A stretch of DNA of 64,000 nt, from assembly GCA_963664225.1 (NCBI GenBank), contig OY760937.1, positions 672,001 to 736,000 of the forward strand, read 5' to 3'. The translations under genes were made by a program, and so were the position numbers. Below the pieces are notes generated by a model, which worked only from the letters and a program-made list of their open reading frames with translations, did no database searches and was not told the DNA's origin. Each line of letters opens with the position of its first letter. The stretch's first letter is position 1. Origin of the DNA: Verrucomicrobiia bacterium. GTDB lineage: Bacteria > Verrucomicrobiota > Verrucomicrobiia > Limisphaerales > UBA1319. Positions 49,500-57,829 of this stretch are shown piece by piece.

Positions 49500-50024
49500 T
49501 CAGTTTCTGCTTGGAAAAACTCCGAATAACCCGATGCAAAAATTGAGGACAAGATAGGGTGACAAATTATTGTGGGGCTGGTTGCCCCCAGCAAGCGATG
49601 GGCTGCCGGGACTGATGGTTGCGTTGCTGGTTGAAGAATAGAGATTCACCGTTTGACGCAGGGCCTTGGCTGCGGCCCACGAGTGGTTCGTTGGAGAACT
49701 TTGATTGCCTGCGCCGGTATTGGCCGAAAAATGTGTATGCATGGGCAATCCCGTGTTTGACAATGTGACATTTGTCGTACCCCCTTCTTCACCCAAGAAG
49801 CGTTGCGTTAATCCGGGACCCTGACCTTGATGGATGGGAGCGCGGCCCTGCAAATTGGGCAGGGCAAAGTTGGTGGTGCCGTTACCGCCATAGGTTGTTC
49901 CCAGAATTGAAAAAAGCGCGGTATTCTGTTGGATGGGCAGCAATTGACCGTTGCACATGGCCCAATTGCGCGGGGCGAAGTTAAACCCAAATATCCGAAT
50001 TTCACCGATGAATGACTCTGACAT
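49500..50024 (-). CDS. Phage tail-collar domain protein (MdpB-like), copy 3
   Basis: FIGEIRIFGFNFAPRNWAMCNGQLL, LFSILGTTYGGNG..FALPNLQGR. C-terminal GVFPSRN. Confidence 0.9.
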   Translation of the reverse strand: MSESFIGEIRIFGFNFAPRNWAMCNGQLLPIQQNTALFSILGTTYGGNGTTNFALPNLQGRAPIHQGQGPGLTQRFLGEEGGTTNVTLSNTGLPMHTHFSANTGAGNQSSPTNHSWAAAKALRQTVNLYSSTSNATISPGSPSLAGGNQPHNNLSPYLVLNFCIGLFGVFPSRN

Positions 50025-50042
50025 GATTTATCCTTTCAGCTT

Positions 50043-50531
50043 CTAGTTTCGGGAAGGGAATATGCCTTGTATGGCAATGCAATAGTTAACCACCAAATAT
50101 GGGGGGCGATTCTCGTGCGGCTGGCTTCCACCTGCTCCGGCCGGGTTCATGATCGCATTCGCAGTCCCCGCGTAGAGGCTTTGGCCCGAGTTGGCCCAAT
50201 AATGATTTTGCGGATTGCTTTGATCGGCACTGGTGGCATTGGCGGCAATAGGATGGGTGTGGATGGGCATTTCATTTTGCGTCAGCGCGTGCACCTCCTC
50301 ACCGCCAACCTGACCCTGCGTATAACCATTGCCCAAATGGTATGGAGCGCGTCCGCGAAGGTCAGGAAGCGCAAATGTTTGTATTCCATTTCCGCCATAG
50401 GTCGTTCCCAGAAGGGCAAAAAGGGCCTGGTTCTGAGCGATTGACATGAGTTGACCTGAGCATGTTGCCCAGCCGCGCGGGGCAAAATCAAATCCAAACA
50501 TCCGGACTTCACCTAGGAATGGGGTTGACAT
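50043..50531 (-). CDS. Phage tail-collar domain protein (MdpB-like), copy 2
   Basis: FLGEVRMFGFDFAPRGWATCSGQ, LGTTYGGNG..FALPDLRGR. C-terminal GIFPSRN. Confidence 0.9.
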   Translation of the reverse strand: MSTPFLGEVRMFGFDFAPRGWATCSGQLMSIAQNQALFALLGTTYGGNGIQTFALPDLRGRAPYHLGNGYTQGQVGGEEVHALTQNEMPIHTHPIAANATSADQSNPQNHYWANSGQSLYAGTANAIMNPAGAGGSQPHENRPPYLVVNYCIAIQGIFPSRN

Positions 50532-50564
50532 AATGTTCTTTCAGTTTGATGGCTGCCTGATGGA

Positions 50565-51071
50565 TTAATTGCGCGACGGGAAAACACCCTCCAAGGCGAT
50601 GATGAAGTTTAATGTCAGGAATGGCGGCATGTTTTCATGCGGCTGGTTGCCGCCTGCCACTGGGAACATGGTGGTATTGGGTGATTGATCAGTGTAAGGC
50701 CGCAAATTCGCTGAGGCCGCCCAAAAATTGTTTGTAGGATCGGTGCTGGTCCCAAGATCGGAATTGCACGCCACGGCATGACTATGCACGGGTATTTGGT
50801 TTGGGATCAAAGTTACGGTTTCTGTGCCGCTACGTTGACCAATGACATAGTTTGAAAGGCCCGGGCCTTGTCCCTGGCCCACGGGCACCCGTCCCTGCAG
50901 GTTTGGAAGGCCAAATGTGGTCATACCATCTCCGCCATATATCGTTCCAATCAAGGCAAACAGCGCGTCGTTTTGTGAAATTGCCAGCAATTGCCCACTG
51001 CAGAAGGCATAACCACGTGGCGCAAAATTGCCGGCGAACATCATTATTTCTCCTAAAAATGGCGTGGCCAT
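50565..51071 (-). CDS. Phage tail-collar domain protein (MdpB-like), copy 1
   Basis: FLGEIMMFAGNFAPRGYAFCSGQ, IGTIYGGDG..FGLPNLQGR. C-terminal GVFPSRN. Confidence 0.9.
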   Translation of the reverse strand: MATPFLGEIMMFAGNFAPRGYAFCSGQLLAISQNDALFALIGTIYGGDGMTTFGLPNLQGRVPVGQGQGPGLSNYVIGQRSGTETVTLIPNQIPVHSHAVACNSDLGTSTDPTNNFWAASANLRPYTDQSPNTTMFPVAGGNQPHENMPPFLTLNFIIALEGVFPSRN

Positions 51072-51109
51072 AAAATTCCTTTTCGGGTTATTGTGTCAGG
51101 TTTGAGCGA

Positions 51110-51610
51110 CTATTGGTTGCTGCTGGTGCGTTGGCCCGGACGGGCAACGACTTTCGGACTAACGACCAGCGAGGGTTGCCTGCCGGGCCGGTTGAATACG
51201 GCTTCGTAATAGCAATACTCCTGATCGTTAACAACAATGGGCACGATGAAAATTGAAAAGCAGCCGATGGCGTTATGAGTGAACAAGTAGGTGTTCTGAT
51301 CGAGAGGTTGATCCAGCGATCCGCGGAAGGTGAGGGAAAACTTTTCATTCCCAGAGTCTGCTCTGCGCAATGACGATGTTTTCGATGGCTGAGGAGTCTG
51401 CACCTTGGTCAGCATGAGATCAATCATCGCTCCCTCGCTTCCGATGACAGTGAACGTGGTGTTCACCTGTCGGATGAACATGCCCATATGGATGGAGTCA
51501 AGCGAAACCTCGGTGATAGGGGAGGCACCTCCAAAAACAGTGACTGGAGCGATTGCGACCCCCGCGGCAAGCGTGGTGCAGTTCAAAAGAAACTCTCGGC
51601 GAGTAGGCAT
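51110..51610 (-). CDS. DUF6916-like protein with a twin-arginine signal
   Basis: MPTRREFL (Tat). FSLTFRG..LDQNTY.F.H..IG..IFIVPI..YYEAVFNR. Confidence 0.7.
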   Translation of the reverse strand: MPTRREFLLNCTTLAAGVAIAPVTVFGGASPITEVSLDSIHMGMFIRQVNTTFTVIGSEGAMIDLMLTKVQTPQPSKTSSLRRADSGNEKFSLTFRGSLDQPLDQNTYLFTHNAIGCFSIFIVPIVVNDQEYCYYEAVFNRPGRQPSLVVSPKVVARPGQRTSSNQ

Positions 51611-51798
51611 AAAATTACACAACTTCAGGCTAAATACGACTACGGACCTTGCGACTTTGATGACGTTCATCAGCAACGGCACCAACAACGCCGGAATAAA
51701 GCCAGATAAAGTGTTGGCGGTCAACTAAAAACGGCCCTCAATCGCGGCTTTTTCATAATTTTTGAATGACGCTGTTGATTGAAGAATCAAATCGGCGC

Positions 51799-51813
51799 TG
51801 GCACGGGATTTGC
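51799..51813 (+). promoter_or_regulatory. Sigma54 (-24/-12) promoter
   Basis: TGGCAC-GGGAT-TTGC is a perfect TGGCAC-N5-TTGC match about 100 bp upstream of the GNAT gene. Confidence 0.7.
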
Positions 51814-51910
51814 GGAGGTTACGATCGCAGATATTGCCGGTTTTGTTCATCAGGGCGCTTGTCTTGCCCAAATCAAAAGCGTATCAGGGTGATATGTCAT
51901 ATTTCGGCCT

Positions 51911-52450
51911 ATGAACGATCAGGCGCAAAACCAGAATAACGAGCCCAACATTTCCAAGGCTGGGGTAGGTGTTGTTTCGCTTCGGCATGAAATGCCCGGG
52001 GATGAGGTCTTTCTTTTTGCAGTCTATGCTTCCACCCGCGAGGCGGAGCTTGCGATGACGGGTTGGGACGAGGCCGCGTGCACGGCTTTCCTGAACATGC
52101 AGTTTCGCGCCATGCGGGTGGGTTATCGCAGCTCTTTTCCCAATGCCGAATTTTCCATCGTCCTTTTCGATGGATGCCCCGTGGGACGACTCGTCGTGGA
52201 CCGAGGCGCAAAGGAGGTGTGTGTCGTGGATGTGGCTTTGCTGCCATCGAGTCGCAATAAGGGGCTTGGAACAAGACTCATGCGCAATCTCCTGGCCGAA
52301 GTTGAAGTGTCAGGAAAGCCCGTTCGTTTGCGTGTTCAAAAGGGCAGTCCGGCGAATCGGTTTTATCAACGGCTGGGTTTTAAACAGCTCGAAGAATTCG
52401 ATTTCGATGTAGAGATGGAATGGCTGCCCAATAAACAGGTGGAATCCTAA
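51911..52450 (+). CDS. GNAT family N-acetyltransferase
   Basis: YASTREAEL..FLNMQFRA, DVALLPSSRNKGLGT and PANRFYQRLGF motifs. Confidence 0.88.
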   Translation: MNDQAQNQNNEPNISKAGVGVVSLRHEMPGDEVFLFAVYASTREAELAMTGWDEAACTAFLNMQFRAMRVGYRSSFPNAEFSIVLFDGCPVGRLVVDRGAKEVCVVDVALLPSSRNKGLGTRLMRNLLAEVEVSGKPVRLRVQKGSPANRFYQRLGFKQLEEFDFDVEMEWLPNKQVES

Positions 52451-52791
52451 CGGGAGGGCACGAGCCGGTTAAAGACGGCCTCATAGTAGAGTTTGCCCTG
52501 GTCCCTGCGGATCGGGACGATAAAGAGTTGAAAGGCTCCCAGTCGATCGTGTGAGAACGGGTGCAGCATCTGGGGAAGCAGTTTGTCTGCGGGACCTGCA
52601 AACAGCAGGGAAAATCTCTCGTAATCCTGATTATTAGCCGACCCTGCCGGTGGATTGGTCCTGCGATACTGAACCGCCTCCACCAGTTCCAGATCCAGTG
52701 TTCCTGCGGGATCTGACCCCACCCGGAAATTTGTATTCAAGAGCCCTTGGAATTGCTCAAATGACAATTGATCGAGCGAGATCTCATTCAT
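52447..52791 (-). CDS. DUF6916-like protein (no signal peptide)
   Basis: FSLLFAGP..LLPQ..H.RLG..LFIVPI..YYEAVFNR. Paralogous to 51110-51610. Confidence 0.72.
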   Translation of the reverse strand: MNEISLDQLSFEQFQGLLNTNFRVGSDPAGTLDLELVEAVQYRRTNPPAGSANNQDYERFSLLFAGPADKLLPQMLHPFSHDRLGAFQLFIVPIRRDQGKLYYEAVFNRLVPSR

Positions 52792-53564
52792 ATGCTTTTT
52801 AATTCAGGTGGAGGTTGAAAGGGGCCTCCAAAGTAAACTCTATCGACGCGCTTGGTTGCTTTCAACCAGGCCTGCCTTTGGGCTTCGGGCATTTTGAAGC
52901 AGAAACTGTAATGAAGCGGAACGGGATAGTATCCATAGACCGCCAGAATTCTCAATCCGGGCACTTTTCGGGGTGAACCGCAATGCCACGTCCGCTGGTC
53001 GATCAACAAGGCATCTTCCTTATTGCAAAATGCCGGAACATCGGGAGAAACGTTGGGCAACAAAGTCAAATCACGATGGGAGCCCGGTATGATGCGTGTG
53101 GGGCCCTTCTCCCAGGTCAGATCATCAAAGTACATGCCTACGAAGACATCTTTTGGATAATGATATTCCTTGCCAGGCATTCCATCGGGCTCGCGGTCTT
53201 TGTGCCATTTGGGAACGGAATTGGGATCCTCGGGCGACTGAATCAACCAACGATTCATGTACAATGAGGGCAGGGGATTGGCGACGGAATGGCTCAGGGC
53301 AGGGGTCAATACCTGTCGCACGCGTGGCGCCAAGGCCGGCCAGATGATCAATGGGGATTCACCTGGCAGGTCCCATTCGAGGCCATCAAAGAACAGAGCC
53401 GCTTTAACCTGTTCGGCAAAGGCGTCCACAGTCTCACGCTTAAAGACCTGCGGCAGGATGACAAAGCCGAGATCACGGAATTCGGCCATCATTCGGTCCA
53501 GTTCCGGTTTTGGATAAAGCTCTGTTACAAATTCCAGCAATGGGGTATCCATAATTAGATCCAT
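52788..53564 (-). CDS. 2-oxoglutarate/Fe(II) dioxygenase, PhyH-like
   Basis: WHKD (HxD), GPTRIIPGSH, distal TWHCG and a downstream Arg. Confidence 0.82.
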   Translation of the reverse strand: MDLIMDTPLLEFVTELYPKPELDRMMAEFRDLGFVILPQVFKRETVDAFAEQVKAALFFDGLEWDLPGESPLIIWPALAPRVRQVLTPALSHSVANPLPSLYMNRWLIQSPEDPNSVPKWHKDREPDGMPGKEYHYPKDVFVGMYFDDLTWEKGPTRIIPGSHRDLTLLPNVSPDVPAFCNKEDALLIDQRTWHCGSPRKVPGLRILAVYGYYPVPLHYSFCFKMPEAQRQAWLKATKRVDRVYFGGPFQPPPELKSI

Positions 53565-54578
53565 TTAATTTTCCAAAGCAGTGTTGGTTGAATCCCGGAA
53601 AAGTTCCCGGTGCTTTGCCACCAAATCCGCATAAGGACCGGCCATCCAACGTTCCGCCAGTTGGTGTATCTCTGCGCTGGCCTCCTTCTTTTTATCCTCA
53701 CTGTCATTGCTGAATTGAAAGTGAGGATTTTTGGCATGGAACTGGGTTACGCGCTGCATTTGCTCAATTTCCCCGGCTGAATGTTGGAGTCGAAAATGGG
53801 TTGAGATGCCCGTCAAAACTGCGTCTGGTAATTGTCGGTAGTCCACCAGCAATCCCGTTTCATCGGGGAAATGTTCCAGGGCGGCCGCGCAGATTCTTCC
53901 AATCAGGGCAGCACAATACTCGTTCATTGAGAGTTGGCACAAGAGCTCCGGGTTCAATCCCATCAGGCCAGGCTCAAGGGCCATCGGCAAAAGCAATCCC
54001 CCGCGCTGACGAAACTGGGAGACGAGCACCTCGACCGGGTCACGATAAATGAATATCCACGGCACTGTTGGAAATGCCCGACGGATCAAGTCCAAACTCA
54101 GTGTGTTGATGCAGTCGAATTTGATAAAAAACTGTTTTTGTTCCGCAAGATTGGGTTGCGCCATGGCGTTCACCATGGCACGAATCCAGGTCAATTGCTC
54201 TTCGGGATCAAGGTTTGGGGTGCGATAGTTGGCCCGGATCATGACATCAATGGGGCCTGCCTCGGAAATGACGATGTTTTTCGCCAGCGCGGCATACATC
54301 TGCGATACCAGCGTCGATCCGCAACGCGACATATGGAAGATAAAGCCGTTGGGCGCCACTCCCGGATGCGAAGCGGCTCGTTCAAGCAAGGTTTCGACGG
54401 GCGTTTGGGGACGGAACAGCAGATTGTAGGGCAGACGCATGCACCGGCTAATGGTCTGATCGAAGAAGGAATCCGTGAAACGCCCGGCTCCCAGATAACA
54501 CCAGTCGATCATGGGGCGCGATTGCCGCCAATAAACCCGGATGGGAACGTAACCTTGCAATTGAGCGGAATTAATCAT
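53565..54578 (-). CDS. Sulfotransferase-like P-loop protein
   Basis: GFIFHMSRCGSTL (5'-PSB-like) and WIFIYRDPVEVLVS (3'-PB-like). Confidence 0.75.
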   Translation of the reverse strand: MINSAQLQGYVPIRVYWRQSRPMIDWCYLGAGRFTDSFFDQTISRCMRLPYNLLFRPQTPVETLLERAASHPGVAPNGFIFHMSRCGSTLVSQMYAALAKNIVISEAGPIDVMIRANYRTPNLDPEEQLTWIRAMVNAMAQPNLAEQKQFFIKFDCINTLSLDLIRRAFPTVPWIFIYRDPVEVLVSQFRQRGGLLLPMALEPGLMGLNPELLCQLSMNEYCAALIGRICAAALEHFPDETGLLVDYRQLPDAVLTGISTHFRLQHSAGEIEQMQRVTQFHAKNPHFQFSNDSEDKKKEASAEIHQLAERWMAGPYADLVAKHRELFRDSTNTALEN

Positions 54579-54596
54579 GGGGTTGGGAAATTCCAG

Positions 54597-54806
54597 TTAA
54601 CAAACAAACCGCTCGATCCAAGCCTGCATGTTGCCGCGTATGGCGATTTCCACCTCATCGCTCGAGAATGAGAAACCCTGTTCCGCTCCAAGTTGCACGA
54701 CCGACGCAGAAAAAGCTGTCCTGTCCGATATGCCGCGCAGTTGTTCCTGCAAGGCCCGATTCTCCAGAACCCGCTCGCAGAATTGTTCAAGACTGGTTTG
54801 TGACAT
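54597..54806 (-). CDS. Nif11-like small protein
   Basis: MSQTSLEQFCERVLENRALQEQL..VVQLGAEQGFSFSSDEV matches the Nif11 leader pattern. Short Trp-containing tail. Confidence 0.72.
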   Translation of the reverse strand: MSQTSLEQFCERVLENRALQEQLRGISDRTAFSASVVQLGAEQGFSFSSDEVEIAIRGNMQAWIERFVC

Positions 54807-55036
54807 GCCTTCGGTAATTTGACTGCCCATGTTGCGAGCACACTAACGGGAGCCTCGGTTTTGTAAAGTCTTCAGCAAACCAAAGGGTGTATTTTCCCAT
54901 ATTGAATAGGGTTGCGGGTCCTCATGCGGGAAGCTTAGGATACGTCGCGCCGCGCCTGAAAACCGATTTTTTTGTGGCCGGTGGCTGCCAATTGGCCTGA
55001 TTTTCAAGCAAGTGAAGCTCAAAATATAAATTGATC

Positions 55037-57574
55037 ATGTCCGACCGTTTGCCCATTTACGATATTGAAAAGGAGATCATCACCCGGCTCCAGGAGTCGC
55101 GCCGTCTCATACTGCAGGCACCGACGGGTTCTGGAAAATCCACCCAGGTGCCGCAGATGTTGCTCGGGCATGGGTTGTTGAATGACGGACAAGTGGTGAT
55201 TTTGCAGCCTCGGCGATTGGCGGCGCGCTTGCTGGCCGCGCGTGTGGCACGTGAGCAGGGGGTGGAGTTGGGACGAGAGGTGGGATACCAGATTCGTTTT
55301 GAAAACCGCACCAGCGCGGCGACGCGGATCCGATTTGTGACCGAGGGGATTTTGTTGCGGCAGATGCTCAGGGATCCGCTGCTGGCGGGAATCCAGGTCT
55401 TGATTTTCGATGAGTTTCACGAGCGGCATTTGTATGGGGACATCACTTTGGCGCAAGCGTTGGAGCTTCAGGAAACCAGGCGGCCCGATTTGTTGATTAT
55501 CGTGATGTCGGCAACGCTGAACGCCGAGGGGTTGGAAAAGTATCTGAATCCTTGCGCCATGGTGTCCTCCGAAGGACGGATGTTTCCGGTGGAAATGGAA
55601 TACGCAATGCCACGGCCGCACACCAATCCTCCTCCGGTATGGGAGATGGCGGCGGAGGCTTTTCAGAAGCATGTGGTCTGCAATGGGGAAGGGGATGTTT
55701 TGGTGTTTATGCCAGGGGGCTATGAAATCCAGCAAACCATTGAAGCGATCCGCCAATGTCCCGAATCCAAAGGCTACATTCTGCTGCCATTGCACGGGGA
55801 GCTTCCACCGGGCGATCAGGATGCGGCCGTGGAGCGTTACGATCGTCCAAAGGTGGTGGTCTCGACCAACGTGGCTGAAACTTCGCTGACCATTGATGGT
55901 GTCCGGTTGGTGATTGACAGCGGGCTGGCGCGGATTCCCCGTTATGATCCGCACCGCGGGATCAATACGTTGCTGGTGGAGAAGATCAGCCGGGCCTCGG
56001 CAGAGCAACGGGCCGGGCGCGCGGGACGAACGGCGCCGGGGCGATGCATTCGCCTGTGGTCCCATCAGGAACATTTGGAACGCGCGGAGCGGGAATTGCC
56101 GGAGATCAAACGGTTGGATTTGTGCGAAGTGGTTCTGACCCTCAAAGCGGCGGAGGTGCGGGATTTGCGGAAGTTTCGATGGCTGGAGCCGCCTGTGGAA
56201 CAAAGCCTGGTGGATGCGGAAACCCTGCTGACGGATCTGGGCGCACTGGACCACAAGGGTGCGATTACGGAGATGGGGCGCAAAATTCTGGCGTTTCCGT
56301 TGCATCCGCGATACGCCCGGATGCTGCTGGCCGCCGAGGAATATCATTGTGTGTGGCAGGCGACGTTGATTGCCGCAATGACACAGGGCCGGGATTTGAT
56401 GATCCGCAATCCGGGGCGCGATGTTGAGGCGTTTCGCGAGGATTTGTTTGGGAATGAGGCGGCCTCCGATTTCTGGATCTGGATGCGGGCCTGGAATTTT
56501 GCATTGAAGAACAACTTTCGCATGGATGCGTGCCGCAGGGCGGGCATTCATGCGGTAACGGCACGACAGGTCGGACCGCTCCATGAGCAATTCCTGGGGA
56601 TTGCGCGCGAGGAGGGGTTGTCGGTGGAACGCGTGAAGGTGCCAGACGAGTCGATGCAGAAGTGTCTGCTGATTGGTTTTTCAGACCGTGTGGCGCGGCG
56701 GTTGGATGAAGGCACCCTGAGGTGCGAGGTGGTTCATGGGCGGCGCGGGGTGCTTGCCCGTGAGAGCGTGGCACGGCGGGGGGGATTGATTGTGGCCGCC
56801 GAGATACGAGAAGTGGAGGGGGCGGACCGGTCGTTGAACACCTTGTTATCATTGGCCACTGTGGTTGAACCTGATTGGCTGAAGGAGTTGTTTCCAGAAG
56901 ATATTGAATCCGAGTCGCGGGTATTTTACGACACCGCAACCAAACGGGTTTGCGCGGAGGAACAAATCCGTTTTCGGGGATTGACCCTGGAAGCGCGCCG
57001 TGTGGAACCGCCGCCTTCGGACGCCGCCGCGCGAATAATGGCAGAGGAAGTTTTGCAGGAGCGACTGGTGTTGAAGCATTGGGATAACAATGTGGAGCAA
57101 TGGATCCTGCGGTTGAATCTGCTTGGAAAGTGGTGCCCTGAGCTGCAATTGCCGCCCATTGGGTTGGAGGACCGGCGCAATTTAATCGAACAAATCTGCC
57201 TGGGCGCTGTTTCCTACAAGGAAATCAAGGACCGCGAGGTGCAACGTGCAGTCAAATCCTGGCTGCCGGATTACCAGCAGGAATTTGTGGAGAAACATGC
57301 GCCGGAGCGGCTGTCGCTGAGCAATGGAAAGACGCCCAAAGTGGTTTATGTGGCGGATGGGCAACCGTATATTTCCCTGCGGATTCAGGAGCTTTTTGGT
57401 GTGCAAACCACTCCGCGGATTGCGATGAACCGGGTTCCGGTGACCTTGCACATCCTTGCGCCGAGCATGCGTCCTGTGCAGATCACTCAGGATCTGGCGG
57501 GGTTCTGGAACGAGCATTACCCGAAAATCAAACAAGAGCTTCAGCGCAAATATCCGAAACACGAATGGCGGTGA
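55037..57574 (+). CDS. hrpB: ATP-dependent RNA helicase HrpB
   Basis: APTGSGKST, DEFHER, MSAT, QRAGRAGR and C-terminal KYPKHEW. Confidence 0.93.
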   Translation: MSDRLPIYDIEKEIITRLQESRRLILQAPTGSGKSTQVPQMLLGHGLLNDGQVVILQPRRLAARLLAARVAREQGVELGREVGYQIRFENRTSAATRIRFVTEGILLRQMLRDPLLAGIQVLIFDEFHERHLYGDITLAQALELQETRRPDLLIIVMSATLNAEGLEKYLNPCAMVSSEGRMFPVEMEYAMPRPHTNPPPVWEMAAEAFQKHVVCNGEGDVLVFMPGGYEIQQTIEAIRQCPESKGYILLPLHGELPPGDQDAAVERYDRPKVVVSTNVAETSLTIDGVRLVIDSGLARIPRYDPHRGINTLLVEKISRASAEQRAGRAGRTAPGRCIRLWSHQEHLERAERELPEIKRLDLCEVVLTLKAAEVRDLRKFRWLEPPVEQSLVDAETLLTDLGALDHKGAITEMGRKILAFPLHPRYARMLLAAEEYHCVWQATLIAAMTQGRDLMIRNPGRDVEAFREDLFGNEAASDFWIWMRAWNFALKNNFRMDACRRAGIHAVTARQVGPLHEQFLGIAREEGLSVERVKVPDESMQKCLLIGFSDRVARRLDEGTLRCEVVHGRRGVLARESVARRGGLIVAAEIREVEGADRSLNTLLSLATVVEPDWLKELFPEDIESESRVFYDTATKRVCAEEQIRFRGLTLEARRVEPPPSDAAARIMAEEVLQERLVLKHWDNNVEQWILRLNLLGKWCPELQLPPIGLEDRRNLIEQICLGAVSYKEIKDREVQRAVKSWLPDYQQEFVEKHAPERLSLSNGKTPKVVYVADGQPYISLRIQELFGVQTTPRIAMNRVPVTLHILAPSMRPVQITQDLAGFWNEHYPKIKQELQRKYPKHEWR

Positions 57575-57610
57575 CGGGTATTGAAACTGGGAAATACAGT
57601 GAAGGGGAAA

Positions 57611-57685
57611 TGGTGCGCGATACAGGTTTCGAACCTGTGACCCCTACCGTGTCAAGGTAATGCTCTACCACTGAGCTAACCGCGC
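57611..57685 (-). tRNA. tRNA-Val(GAC)
   Basis: GCGCGGTTAGCTCAGTGGTAGAGCATTACCTT-GAC-ACGGTAGGGGTCACAGGTTCGAAACCTGTATCGCGCACCA. Cloverleaf with encoded CCA. Confidence 0.97.
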
Positions 57686-57829
57686 ACGAATCATCGTGAC
57701 TGGAAAACCCTGCCAAAGGGGTGGCCGGTTTGCAAGTGCGTATTTCAGCAATGATGCAAGTAAATCGGGGCGGCGCATTTTTTTGTTTCCAGAGGGCGGC
57801 ATTTTGCCCATTTTAAAGCCCTATTTAAT

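Noticed and set aside
46373..49594. N-terminal extensions in the ORF track (adhesin, 3839-5566, 38037-39743, 40954-42054)
   Set aside because: They overlap neighbouring genes or precede clear signal peptides, so downstream starts were chosen.
49500..51071. Prophage, tailocin or contractile injection system
   Set aside because: No capsid, terminase, sheath, tube, baseplate, lysis or integrase genes nearby.
55019..56590. Long antisense ORFs (also 10207-11424, 18206-19306, 22108-23268, 34604-35815, 57944-59245, 63135-63845)
   Set aside because: They are shadows of well-supported genes on the opposite strand in GC-rich DNA and carry no motifs of their own.
57611..57685. tRNA-Val as integration site for the 45-55 kb cassette
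   Set aside because: hrpB lies between them, and I saw no duplicated tRNA 3' end or integrase.
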